Part shown: positions 1 through 9,580 of the stretch, in pieces
Layout: the number at the start of each line of letters is the position of its first letter
Numbering within the stretch: position 1 is the first letter of the stretch
Made by a program: the position numbers and the translations under genes
Notes under the pieces: model-generated
The model's database searches: none
Told to the model about the DNA's origin: nothing
The model's input: the letters and a program-made list of their open reading frames with translations, nothing else
NCBI GenBank assembly: GCA_964594045.1
Contig: CAZQKR010000004.1
Location: 69,203-133,202 of the forward strand
From: an uncultured Saprospiraceae bacterium
GTDB taxonomy: Bacteria > Bacteroidota > Bacteroidia > Chitinophagales > Saprospiraceae
Direction of reading: 5' to 3'
Length of the DNA stretch: 64,000 nucleotides

Positions 1-1
1 A

Positions 2-547
2 GAAGATACTGGTTTTGACAACAATCATGGCAAAACCTTTCACAGCCGTGTACAGGTGAGTCCTTTCAGCTTTGTCAAACTGGGTGGTGGTGTACAGTAT
101 GGAACACATAAATCCATCGTTGAAGACTCTGACAAGGAAGACAGTCGTTTCAGATGGGCAGTTGACCTCCAGACCAAATTTGTTGTCTTCAACAGAGATC
201 TCGAGATCATCGGTGAGTATGTTGCAGGCGCGGATAAAGGTTCCTATGTTGCCGGTGGCGGCGGTTGTGGCGGGGACCCTGTGATCGTTGAAGGAGACCT
301 CAACAGGAACGGATATTATTTTACGGCTATGTACAAAGTGCTGGACAATCTCCAGCCGGTTTTCAGAATGGAATCTTACAATTATGATCCTGAATCCTCC
401 AAAGGTGTGGATTATGCAACCATTTTTGGTTTGAATTACTGGTTGAATGACAATACCAGGATCCAGGCAAATTATTATTATAAAGCAGAGAAAAGACTTG
501 AAAAACCGAATGATGAATTTATCGTTCAGTTTCAGGCAATTTTCTGA
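2..547 (+). CDS. Outer-membrane beta-barrel/porin-like protein, C-terminal part. The gene enters from upstream of the window.
   Basis: The reading frame is open from base 2 in frame with the annotated 56..547 ORF (EDTGFDNNHGKTFHSRVQV...). The protein has alternating beta-strand-like sequence, a Gly-rich loop, and a C-terminal ...YKAEKRL...IVQFQAIF ending in Phe as in OM beta-barrels. Confidence 0.45.
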   Translation, partial: EDTGFDNNHGKTFHSRVQVSPFSFVKLGGGVQYGTHKSIVEDSDKEDSRFRWAVDLQTKFVVFNRDLEIIGEYVAGADKGSYVAGGGGCGGDPVIVEGDLNRNGYYFTAMYKVLDNLQPVFRMESYNYDPESSKGVDYATIFGLNYWLNDNTRIQANYYYKAEKRLEKPNDEFIVQFQAIF

Positions 548-621
548 TGAATATTTGAGTTAGTTTACCCGACAGTTGAAATTAAAGCATTTTTAAAACT
601 TAAAATTTTATTTATTTTACA

Positions 622-1467
622 ATGAAAAAGTTATTCTTATTGGCAATCGTTGCTTTCGTGAGCATTTTTGCCGTTAATGCACAGGATTTGATCTCTGTTG
701 CCGACCTTGCAAAAATTCAAAAAGATGCCAACGTGGTGATCGTATCTGCCGGAACAGATGCAGAATACAGTAAATCACACATCACCGGAGCACTTCATGT
801 CGCTTATACAGCATTTGACAAAACAGATAAGATCAAAGGTCTGTTGGTTTCTCCAGCCGAAATGGCAAAGATATTGGGTTCAAAAGGCGTTTCCGAAAAA
901 AATAAGATCGTCGTTTATGATGAATTTGACGGAAGATATGCAGGAAGAATGTATTCATTACTTAAGTATCTGGGTGCAAAAGACGTAGTTATTCTGAATG
1001 GAAATTTCGATGCCTGGAAAAAAGCGAGAAAGCCTATAACCAAAAACGTGACAAACTTTAAGAAAACTACCTTTACTCCGGCAGTTAATAATGCGTTCAT
1101 GGCAACCATGGCACAGGCAGAAGCTGCTGCAGGTAAGTCTAATGTGGTTTTGATCGACACCAGGGCTGCAGATGAATTTAAAGGTATTAAGGACAGTAAA
1201 GGTCACATGCCCGGAGCAATCAATATTGAATACAAGCAACTGCTGAATGCTGACGGCACCATCAAAAGTAAGGCAGATATTCAGAAAGTTTATTCCGCTA
1301 ATGGAGTCAGCAAAGACAAGGAAGTTATTTTGTATTGCAGCACCGGGGTAAGGACCGGATTGCACTACCTCGCGCTGGTAGATATCCTGGGATACACCAA
1401 AGTGAAAGTCTACGATGGAGGTTACAACGAATATGTAGAAAAAAACCCTGCAAAAATCAAGAAGTAG
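622..1467 (+). CDS. Periplasmic tandem-rhodanese-domain sulfurtransferase (thiosulfate sulfurtransferase-like)
   Basis: N-terminal signal peptide (MKKLFLLAIVAFVSIFAVNAQ). Two rhodanese-like halves. Active-site loop CSTGVRTG with catalytic Cys, and YDGGYNEY near the C-terminus, typical of rhodanese/SseA-like proteins. Confidence 0.8.
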   Translation: MKKLFLLAIVAFVSIFAVNAQDLISVADLAKIQKDANVVIVSAGTDAEYSKSHITGALHVAYTAFDKTDKIKGLLVSPAEMAKILGSKGVSEKNKIVVYDEFDGRYAGRMYSLLKYLGAKDVVILNGNFDAWKKARKPITKNVTNFKKTTFTPAVNNAFMATMAQAEAAAGKSNVVLIDTRAADEFKGIKDSKGHMPGAINIEYKQLLNADGTIKSKADIQKVYSANGVSKDKEVILYCSTGVRTGLHYLALVDILGYTKVKVYDGGYNEYVEKNPAKIKK

Positions 1468-1494
1468 GATAATTGAAAACTTTTTCTATCGTAG

Positions 1495-1537
1495 AAGCCG
1501 GGTAAATACTTCAAAAGTGTTGCCCGGTTTTTTTTTG
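1495..1537 (+). terminator. Rho-independent terminator after the rhodanese gene
   Basis: Hairpin aGCCGGGta...(approx. 20-nt loop)...ttGCCCGG followed by a run of 9 T (1528-1536), about 30 nt after the stop codon. Confidence 0.5.
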
Positions 1538-1708
1538 AAATAATTTCTGTATGCTCTAACGTATAAAAACCCTTCCCAATTATTTGCCGGTGTTCTTATA
1601 AATTGTTGCTTGAAACACTTCATTTTTCGTCAATAATTGCACAACATCCGGTTCAGATTAAAATTATATCACTCATTGTTTTACATTTGCACGTTAAAAT
1701 AAAAAAAG

Positions 1709-2740
1709 ATGGATCCACTGAAGACAGCAAAGGAATTTCTTGAAAACATCAGAAATGAGGTCATTGAAAATACAGAAAATCTTGAGGCATTCAGACTGAA
1801 GTATCTCGCCACCAAAAATATCATCAAACCCTTGTTCGGTGCGATGAAGGACGTTGAAGGAGCGCACAGAAAGGAATTCGGATTGCTTCTGAATCAATTG
1901 AAACAGGAAGCAGAAGATAAATTCCAGCATTGGAAACAGCATTTCGAACATCAGAAAAAGTCTGAAAATCAGGTGCATCTGGATCTCACGAGACCCGGAG
2001 ATCCGGTGGTACTGGGTTCAAGACATCCGATCAGCATTGTGACCAACCGGATCATTGATATTTTTGTCAAGCTCGGATTCACAGTGGCGGAAAACAGGGA
2101 AGTTGAGGATGACTGGCACAATTTTACTGCCATGAATACTCCTCAGGACCATCCGGCGAGGGATATGCAGGATACTTTTTACCTGTTGAACAGCACAGAA
2201 TATTTACTCAGAACGCATACTTCATCTGTTCAGGCAAGGGTCATGACTTCCCAAAAGCCACCTATCAGGATCATTGCTCCGGGCAGGGTTTACCGGAATG
2301 AAACCATTTCTGCCCGGTCCCATGCGCAATTCCACCAGGTTGAAGGACTATATGTAGATAAAGGGGTTTCATTTGCAGATATGAAGCAGACTTTGCTTTA
2401 TTTTGCTCAGGAAGTGTACGGTCCCGAAACAAAGATCAGGCTCAGACCCAGCTATTTCCCTTTTACAGAGCCCAGCGCTGAGATGGATGTCTGGATGGGT
2501 ACCGAAACCGACAAAAATAAACGGCTTACCAAAGGGACCGGCTGGCTGGAAGTACTGGGTTGCGGCATGGTTGACCCTCAGGTGCTTGCCAATTGCGGGA
2601 TCGATCCGGAGATATACACAGGCTTTGCATTCGGGATCGGAATTGAACGGTCCGCCATGCAACAGTTTGATGTGGGCGACATCAGGATGTTTTTTGAGAA
2701 CGACCTCAGGTTCCTGAGTCAGTTTAAATCTGCTTTTTGA
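1709..2740 (+). CDS. pheS: Phenylalanine--tRNA ligase alpha subunit
   Basis: Class II aaRS motifs: FTEPSAEMDVW, GCGMVDPQVLANCGIDPE, FAFGIGIERSAM. Length 343 aa. A -7-like motif TACATTTG sits at 1682-1689 upstream. Confidence 0.95.
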   Translation: MDPLKTAKEFLENIRNEVIENTENLEAFRLKYLATKNIIKPLFGAMKDVEGAHRKEFGLLLNQLKQEAEDKFQHWKQHFEHQKKSENQVHLDLTRPGDPVVLGSRHPISIVTNRIIDIFVKLGFTVAENREVEDDWHNFTAMNTPQDHPARDMQDTFYLLNSTEYLLRTHTSSVQARVMTSQKPPIRIIAPGRVYRNETISARSHAQFHQVEGLYVDKGVSFADMKQTLLYFAQEVYGPETKIRLRPSYFPFTEPSAEMDVWMGTETDKNKRLTKGTGWLEVLGCGMVDPQVLANCGIDPEIYTGFAFGIGIERSAMQQFDVGDIRMFFENDLRFLSQFKSAF

Positions 2741-2866
2741 TCTTTTTCCTTTCCATAAGATGGTTCTTTGCATATCCTGAACCAGAAACTGATAAGGAAA
2801 ATACAGTACACATAATTTTGGAAATTGCATTTACGCCTGGTACGTAAAGTAACAAAAAAATGATAA

Positions 2867-4222
2867 ATGGCAATAACTAACCCTCAGATCCCCAAAGGAA
2901 CACGCGATTTTCTGCCTCAGGAGGTCATCCGGAGAAATTATATTTTTGATACAGTCAGGTATATTTTTGAAAAATTCGGCTTTTTCCCGATAGAAACTCC
3001 ATGTTTTGAAAATCTGGAGACGCTGACCGGAAAGTACGGAGAAGAAGGAGACCGGCTGCTTTTCAAAATTCTGAACAGCGGCGATTTCCTGGCTAAAGCT
3101 GACCAGGAAGCACTGAAAACCATGAATTCAGTTGCGTTGACCTCTTCCATAGCAAAAAAAGGTTTGCGCTATGATCTGACCGTGCCATTTGCCAGGTTTG
3201 TGGTCCAGCATCAAAACGAACTTGTTTTTCCTTTCAAAAGGTATCAGATCCAGCAGGTCTGGCGCGCAGACAGACCACAAAAAGGCAGATATCAGGAATT
3301 CTTTCAGTGCGATGTGGATGTGATCGGGTCAGATTCCCTGATGTATGAAGCTGAGCTGGTTCAGATATATGATCAGGTTTTTGCCAGACTCGGCATTGAT
3401 GTGCGGATTGTCATCAACAACAGAAAAATCCTGGTCGGGATAGCTGAGGCTTGCGGTATCTCGGACCTGTTCACAGAAATGACCATTGCCATTGACAAAC
3501 TGGATAAAATGACCGAAACCGGGGTGATTTCGGAAATGGAGTCCAAAGGAATTCCCGGACATGCTGCACACACGGTGCTGGAATTGCTCAAAACAGAATC
3601 TCTGGACAGGCTTGCTGACTCGATCAATACGAGTCAATCCGGATTGGAAGGTATTGAAGAGATCAGAAAAGTGATGTCTTACCTGGATCATACCAATCTG
3701 AAGAACAAGTTGGTCTTTGAACCTTCCCTGGCGCGTGGATTGAATTATTATACCGGATGCATTTTTGAAGTTAAATCTACCCGCACCGGAATGGGCAGCC
3801 TGGGAGGTGGTGGCAGGTATGATGATCTGACAGCAGTTTTTGGCAAACCGGACATGTCTGGTGTTGGTATATCTTTCGGTGCCGAAAGGATATACGATCT
3901 GATGGTGGAACAAGCACTTTTCCCTCCGGACCTGGATACAGGAATCAGGGTGTTATTCATCGCATTTGATGAACCAACGCATCAATATGCCTTTAGCCTG
4001 GCAGGCAGACTGAGGGATCAGTCGATCAAAACCGATGTCTACCCGGAATATGGGAAAATGAAAAAACAGATGAAATTTGCCAATGCCATCAATGTACCTT
4101 TACTTGTCATCATTGGTGAAGAGGAGATGCAGACCGGCTTGCTCACAGTCAAGGATATGAAAAGTGGAGAACAGAAAAAAATGGTGATTTCTGAATTGCT
4201 TCAATTCCTTATACCGGAATGA
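2867..4222 (+). CDS. hisS: Histidine--tRNA ligase
   Basis: LRYDLTVPFARFV (motif 1/2 region), QCDVDVIG, GGGRYDDL (motif 3). Length 451 aa including the C-terminal anticodon-binding domain. Confidence 0.95.
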   Translation: MAITNPQIPKGTRDFLPQEVIRRNYIFDTVRYIFEKFGFFPIETPCFENLETLTGKYGEEGDRLLFKILNSGDFLAKADQEALKTMNSVALTSSIAKKGLRYDLTVPFARFVVQHQNELVFPFKRYQIQQVWRADRPQKGRYQEFFQCDVDVIGSDSLMYEAELVQIYDQVFARLGIDVRIVINNRKILVGIAEACGISDLFTEMTIAIDKLDKMTETGVISEMESKGIPGHAAHTVLELLKTESLDRLADSINTSQSGLEGIEEIRKVMSYLDHTNLKNKLVFEPSLARGLNYYTGCIFEVKSTRTGMGSLGGGGRYDDLTAVFGKPDMSGVGISFGAERIYDLMVEQALFPPDLDTGIRVLFIAFDEPTHQYAFSLAGRLRDQSIKTDVYPEYGKMKKQMKFANAINVPLLVIIGEEEMQTGLLTVKDMKSGEQKKMVISELLQFLIPE

Positions 4223-4332
4223 TTCCGGATTTGAATCTGCCATTTAAAATTGGTTTTTTCGGGTATTGATCCGGATCTGATCGCAGAAAAGGTACTTGCA
4301 ATGTTACCTGTTGGCATAAAATAACCGGCCTG

Positions 4333-5376
4333 ATGGCCTATAATATGATTGAAAAGCTTTCTCCAGAAAAGTTTTTGATGCAGATGTCAGATGCTGCAGT
4401 GATTGATGTCAGATCTCCGGCTGAATTTGCATCAGGGCACATTCCCGGTAGCTTCAATATACCTTTGTTCGAAAATGAAGAGAGGGCGGAGATCGGTACC
4501 ATTTACAAAAATAAGGGCAAGCAGCATGCTGTGGAAAGGGGACTGGAAATTGTCGGCCCGAAAATGGCCGGTTTTGTTCGCCAGGCCCGCAAGATCGCAC
4601 AAAGCAGAAAAGTGCTGATGTATTGCTGGCGGGGAGGAATGAGAAGTGGCAGCATGGCCTGGCTTTTAGAGACTGCCGGCATTCCGGTAACTTTACTGCA
4701 GGATGGTTACAAGGGTTTCCGGCAATACGGCAAAAATGCATTGACTTTTCCTGCACCACTGATCGTGATAGGCGGATTTACAGGCAGTGGAAAAACCAAG
4801 GTGCTCAAAGCGATTGAACAAAAAGGCGAACAGGTGCTGGATATTGAAGAACTGGCTCGTCATCGTGGTTCTTCTTTCGGCGCCATAGGGAGAGAATTTC
4901 AGAAAACAAACGAGCAGTTTGAGAATGATCTTATCATGAAATGGCTGTCATTTGACCACAACAGGATCATTTGGGTGGAAGATGAGAGCAGGATCCTGGG
5001 TTCGAATCATATACCTGAAGAAATTTATGCTCGTATCAGGGAATCCTGCGTGTATAAACTTGAAATACCGAAATCTGAACGTGTGAAAAATCTGGTTGAT
5101 GACTATTCAGTTTATGATCCTCATCAGCTGGAAGCAGCTGTATTGCGCATTCAGAGTAAACTGGGAGGATTGGCAACCAGAGAAGCATTGAATGCCCTGG
5201 AAGAAGGAAATTTTGCCCGGGTCGCCTCTATTTCTCTTGATTATTATGATAAAACATACAATTTCGGGCTTTCGAAAAGAAGTCCTGAGAGCATTACCTC
5301 TTTTGATTTTGAGGTTTTTAACCCGGATGAAATAGCGGAAACGCTCATTCGTTATGCAAAAAAATTTGTAATATGA
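4333..5376 (+). CDS. selU: tRNA 2-selenouridine synthase (SelU/MnmH/YbbB family)
   Basis: N-terminal rhodanese domain with catalytic Cys in CWRGGMRSGSMAWLL. This is followed by a P-loop GGFTGSGKTKVL. Length about 347 aa, typical of SelU. The stop overlaps the next ATG (ATGA). Confidence 0.85.
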   Translation: MAYNMIEKLSPEKFLMQMSDAAVIDVRSPAEFASGHIPGSFNIPLFENEERAEIGTIYKNKGKQHAVERGLEIVGPKMAGFVRQARKIAQSRKVLMYCWRGGMRSGSMAWLLETAGIPVTLLQDGYKGFRQYGKNALTFPAPLIVIGGFTGSGKTKVLKAIEQKGEQVLDIEELARHRGSSFGAIGREFQKTNEQFENDLIMKWLSFDHNRIIWVEDESRILGSNHIPEEIYARIRESCVYKLEIPKSERVKNLVDDYSVYDPHQLEAAVLRIQSKLGGLATREALNALEEGNFARVASISLDYYDKTYNFGLSKRSPESITSFDFEVFNPDEIAETLIRYAKKFVI

Positions 5377-7559
5377 TCTACCTTGATTACAATGCAAGCA
5401 CCCCTTTGGACAAAGAGGTTATTGAAGCGATGAAACCTGTCCTGGAAAAGGTTTTTGGCAATCCTTCCAGCGTACACAGGGTAGGGATTGAAGCGAAAAT
5501 GCTGGTTGAGAAGGCCAGAGCTCAGGTGGCCGGACTGATCAATTGTGATCCTTCCGAACTGATCTTTACCAGCGGAGGAACAGAGTCCAATAATTTTGCG
5601 ATCAAAGGTGCCGCATTAGCAGGCAGATCCGGGGGAAATCACATCATCACCACAGCGATTGAACATCCGGCGGTCATGGAAGTTTGCCATTACCTGGAAA
5701 GAACCGGATTCAGGCTCACGGTTGTTGAAGTGGATGAATCTGGTGTAGTTGATCCGGCAAGCATTGAAGCCGCCATCAGGCCGGATACTATATTGATATC
5801 TGTGATGCATGCCAACAATGAAACAGGTACCATTCAGGACATCCGTGCGATAGCAGCAATTGCCAGAAAAAACAACATTTTGCTCCATTGTGATGCGGCC
5901 CAGTCTGCAGGTAAGATCAGAACTGATGTCAAAGAATTGGGCGTTGACCTTTTGAGCATTGCCGGGCATAAGTTGTACGGACCAAAAGGCGTAGGCGCTT
6001 TGTATATCAGATCAGGTACGAAGCTCGAAAAACTGATGCACGGGGCAAATCATGAACAGAATCTGAGGGCCGGAACTGAGAATGTCCTGGAAATCGTCGG
6101 ATTGGGTAAAGCTTGTGAGATCGCGGGAAAAGAGTTGGAAAAATTTGGGGAACACACCTTAAGGTTGCGCGAAAAATTGTATTCCGGCCTCAGACAGGCT
6201 TTGCCCGAAATCAAAATGAACGGACACAGGGAAAAGTGTCTTCCCAATACACTGAGCATATCTTTCCCGGGTGTGGAGGCCAATACTCTGGTCAGCAGAT
6301 TGGACAATATTGCTGTTTCAGCAGGAGCCGCATGCCACGCAGAACATGTTGACGTTTCAGACGTGCTCAAGGCAATGAAAATTCCGGTACATTTTGCCAT
6401 GGGAACCATCAGGTTTTCTCTGGGCAAGTTTACAACTGATGAGGAAATCGATCAGGCGCTTGGCCAGATCATTCCTGTGGTAAAATCGCTGATCAATCCG
6501 GAAAAAAGTGTTGAAACGGGCCGGGAAGAGATCAGGTTGACACAATTTACACACGGGCTTGGATGTGCCTGTAAGATACAGCCCCAGGTTTTGGAGACCA
6601 TACTCAGAAAACTGCCAAAAGCGGTACATCCTGATATTTTGGTAGGTGTGGAGACATCTGATGATGCAACGGTTTACCGGATCAACGATGAACAGGCGAT
6701 TGTGCAAACGCTGGATTTTTTCACACCCATTGTGGATGATCCCTATGATTTTGGCGCTATCGCGGCAGCCAATGCACTGAGTGACATCTATGCGATGGGA
6801 GCTCAGCCGCTTTTTGCTCAGAATATAGTGGCTTTTCCGCAGTATACACTGCCGATGAGTGTTTTGGAAGAAATACTCAAAGGTGCATCTGATAAAGTTG
6901 CCGAAGCGGGTATTTTTACCCTGGGCGGCCACACGATTGAAGATAATGAGCCTAAATTTGGCCTTGTGGTGACTGGTATGGTCCGTCCGGACAAATTGTT
7001 GAAAAATGTCGGGGCGAAACCGGGAGACGGACTGATCATCACCAAGGCTTTGGGAACCGGGATTTTGTCCACAGCGATGAAAAGAGGCGCCCTGTCAAAT
7101 GAAACAAGGGATAAACTGGTGAAGCAGATGAGCACACTTAATGACAAGGCGGCAAAGATCATGGCCGGTTATCAGATCAGCGCCTGCACCGACGTGACCG
7201 GATTTGGACTTTTGGGACATTTACTGGAAATGAGTTCAGGGTCGAAATGCGATGTTACCCTTCAGTTTGCCGAAATCCCTTTGATGGATGAGGCGATGAG
7301 TCTGGCAACTGCAGGGATCTATCCTGGCGGAAGCGCAGCCAACCTGGAGCACGTGAGGTCCCATGTCGATTTTGGTATGCTGAATCAGTCTGGAATGATG
7401 ATCCTTGCAGATGCACAAACTTCAGGCGGACTGTTGATCGCTGTGGATCCTTCAGATGAAAAATACCTGCTCGGAACATTGCAGAATACCGGGATCGGGG
7501 ATGCAAGACTTATCGGCAGATTTACTGGTCATGGTAAAGGGAATATTCAGGTGGTTTGA
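5373..7559 (+). CDS. selD: Fusion protein: N-terminal NifS-like cysteine desulfurase/selenocysteine lyase (class V aminotransferase) joined to C-terminal selenophosphate synthetase (selenide,water dikinase SelD)
   Basis: Residues about 1-380: LDYNASTPL, SSVHRVG, the PLP-lysine region SIAGHKLYGPKG, and C-terminal RFSLG, typical of NifS/IscS/CsdB. Residues about 385-728: FTHGLGCACKIQPQVLETIL, which is the SelD N-terminal GxGCxxK motif with Cys rather than Sec, then AIR-synthase-related folds (DFFTPIVDDPYDFGAIAAANALSDIYAMG...GGHT). There is no in-frame TGA. Confidence 0.85.
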   Translation: MIYLDYNASTPLDKEVIEAMKPVLEKVFGNPSSVHRVGIEAKMLVEKARAQVAGLINCDPSELIFTSGGTESNNFAIKGAALAGRSGGNHIITTAIEHPAVMEVCHYLERTGFRLTVVEVDESGVVDPASIEAAIRPDTILISVMHANNETGTIQDIRAIAAIARKNNILLHCDAAQSAGKIRTDVKELGVDLLSIAGHKLYGPKGVGALYIRSGTKLEKLMHGANHEQNLRAGTENVLEIVGLGKACEIAGKELEKFGEHTLRLREKLYSGLRQALPEIKMNGHREKCLPNTLSISFPGVEANTLVSRLDNIAVSAGAACHAEHVDVSDVLKAMKIPVHFAMGTIRFSLGKFTTDEEIDQALGQIIPVVKSLINPEKSVETGREEIRLTQFTHGLGCACKIQPQVLETILRKLPKAVHPDILVGVETSDDATVYRINDEQAIVQTLDFFTPIVDDPYDFGAIAAANALSDIYAMGAQPLFAQNIVAFPQYTLPMSVLEEILKGASDKVAEAGIFTLGGHTIEDNEPKFGLVVTGMVRPDKLLKNVGAKPGDGLIITKALGTGILSTAMKRGALSNETRDKLVKQMSTLNDKAAKIMAGYQISACTDVTGFGLLGHLLEMSSGSKCDVTLQFAEIPLMDEAMSLATAGIYPGGSAANLEHVRSHVDFGMLNQSGMMILADAQTSGGLLIAVDPSDEKYLLGTLQNTGIGDARLIGRFTGHGKGNIQVV

Positions 7560-7629
7560 AACAATGCAGGAATTTCCGGATCATTGCAAAACGAAAATTT
7601 TCCGGGAAAAATAAAAGTCAGGGGAGGCA

Positions 7630-7833
7630 ATGAGAATTTCTAAAGATGATATTTTTTTGTTTCAAAATAAATGTCTTATTTTGTGCCTGACAAAAAAATC
7701 TAATAGCATGGCAAATTTGAACAGAGATTACGGAAATGGCAAAGAGTTTTTAATTTGGTTTTTACTTTTTGCAGTTGCTTTGGTTTTATTGATCATCTGG
7801 ATATATCATCTCAATTTTAGAATGATATTTTGA
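7630..7833 (+). CDS. Possible small membrane protein (67 aa). Speculative.
   Basis: The ORF has one strongly hydrophobic helix (LIWFLLFAVALVLLIIWIY). It lies in an 820-bp AT-rich intergenic region and is followed by a terminator-like hairpin. There is no homology support. Confidence 0.2.
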   Translation: MRISKDDIFLFQNKCLILCLTKKSNSMANLNRDYGNGKEFLIWFLLFAVALVLLIIWIYHLNFRMIF

Positions 7834-7967
7834 TCATTATCGATTAACCCTTCATCCTTGTCCTTTTATTTCAGACCTCAGGCTGAGTTTGTCATGCTGA
7901 ATTCACCGCTTCGGAAGGTCTGACAGCTTTTCACAAACATCAGGTCACACCATTATGGTTGTTTCAT

Positions 7968-7997
7968 GAACCATCTTCAGTTTATGGTGTTTTTTTC
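7968..7997 (+). terminator. Rho-independent terminator-like hairpin followed by a T-run
   Basis: gAACCATcttcagtttATGGTg followed by TTTTTTT (7990-7996). A longer alternative stem CACCAT...ATGGTG runs 7948-7989. Confidence 0.45.
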
Positions 7998-8381
7998 GGT
8001 GTATTTCATTTTGGATTGGTATCAAATTAAGGGTTTGATCAGGTCTGTTTGATTCAATTGCCTATTTTCTGTATTTGCACGTAGAAAATGAAGCAATGAT
8101 TAGTATAAAACTACGGAATACAGGATATTTGCAGGCTGAAAAAATCGGCTGGAGGATTGAGTGATGCTTCATAGGATCGGACAGTTTTTGATATAGTCGG
8201 ACACTTTAAAGTCAGTTGACACATGATTTTTCCAGTTAGTGGGATCATTTATTCCTTGTGCTGTGCTTCAATTGATCATCAAATGTTTGGAATTTGCAGG
8301 ATGCATCACTTAAATTATACATATTTCAATATATAGATCATTTAAATAAAATAAGTTATTACAAAATAATTTTCATATAGT

Positions 8382-9494
8382 ATGAGGAAATGGATTATTT
8401 CATTAAGTGCCTTGGTTCTGTTGGCGATTTCGATCATAGCAGCGAGGCACATGGCGAACAGCAAGAAAGTGATACCAAAAGTGGACAATATAAACGAGGT
8501 TTCGGTTTATGTGGAAGAGGTGAAAAACTCCAGTATTCCGGTAAAAATCCTTGCCAGCGGTCAGGTCGAAGCCAGAAATAAGATCGAAGTCTATTCTGAG
8601 GTTCAGGGTATTATGGAGAGTGGGGCGCGTCCATTTTTGGAGGGCACTTTTTTTCAGGAGGGTGATTTGTTGCTCAAGATCAATACAGAAGAATTTGAGT
8701 CTTCCCTGAAGGCGCAAAAAAGCAGTTTCTTCAATCAGTTGGTTGGTATGATGCCCGACCTGACAATGGATTTTCCTTCTTCAGCTGAAAAATGGAATCA
8801 ATACATCAGGAATTTTTCCATGGACAGACCTGTCAGGGAGCTTCCGGCTCAGGCCACCGAGCAGGAGAAGTATTATCTGGCAACCAAAGGGATTTTTACC
8901 AGCTTCTACAATCTCAAAAATCTTGAAGTCCGGTTGGCCAAGCACAGGATCCGTGCGCCATTTTCAGGTTATGTTACGGATGTCATGGTGAAGCCCGGAA
9001 CATTGATCAGGCCTGGTCAGAAGCTGGGTGAATTTGTATCCCACAACGTATTTGAACTTAAAGTCCCTGTTAATGCCGGTGATGAAAAATTTCTTTCCAT
9101 TGGGAAAAAGGTGGAAGTGCATAATATTGAAAGGACCAAATCCCTGACCGGGAAAGTTATCAGGATCAATAAGAAACTTAATACAACTACCCAGAGTATT
9201 GTTGCCGTGATCGAGCTGATCGATCCGGAGTTAAGAGACGGAATGTTCATGGAGGCAGAACTGGATGCAAAAGTGCTGAATAATGTGGTACAGATTTCAA
9301 GGAAGTTACTCCAGGCCGACAACAAGGTTTTTGTGGTTCAGGACAGCATTTTGGCCGGTATTCCGGTCGAACCGGTATATTTTAATAATGACGGAACAGC
9401 CCTGGTGAAAAATTTACCCGATGGTAGTCTTTTGTTGAGTCAGGCAGTACCTGGTGCCCACGAAGGAATGAAGGTTACGGTTCTGGAAGACTGA
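8382..9494 (+). CDS. RND efflux periplasmic adaptor (membrane fusion protein, HlyD/AcrA family)
   Basis: N-terminal membrane anchor. A coiled-coil/lipoyl/beta-barrel arrangement (RIRAPFSGYVTDVMVKPGTLIRPGQKLGEFVS) typical of MFPs. The gene immediately precedes an RND pump. Confidence 0.85.
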   Translation: MRKWIISLSALVLLAISIIAARHMANSKKVIPKVDNINEVSVYVEEVKNSSIPVKILASGQVEARNKIEVYSEVQGIMESGARPFLEGTFFQEGDLLLKINTEEFESSLKAQKSSFFNQLVGMMPDLTMDFPSSAEKWNQYIRNFSMDRPVRELPAQATEQEKYYLATKGIFTSFYNLKNLEVRLAKHRIRAPFSGYVTDVMVKPGTLIRPGQKLGEFVSHNVFELKVPVNAGDEKFLSIGKKVEVHNIERTKSLTGKVIRINKKLNTTTQSIVAVIELIDPELRDGMFMEAELDAKVLNNVVQISRKLLQADNKVFVVQDSILAGIPVEPVYFNNDGTALVKNLPDGSLLLSQAVPGAHEGMKVTVLED

Positions 9495-9580
9495 CACCGG
9501 ACTGAACCTTGAATTAAGTGTTTGAGCTTGTGCGGTAAACATTAAGAATACCGGCCGGCTGTACAAATAAAGTTAAATCG

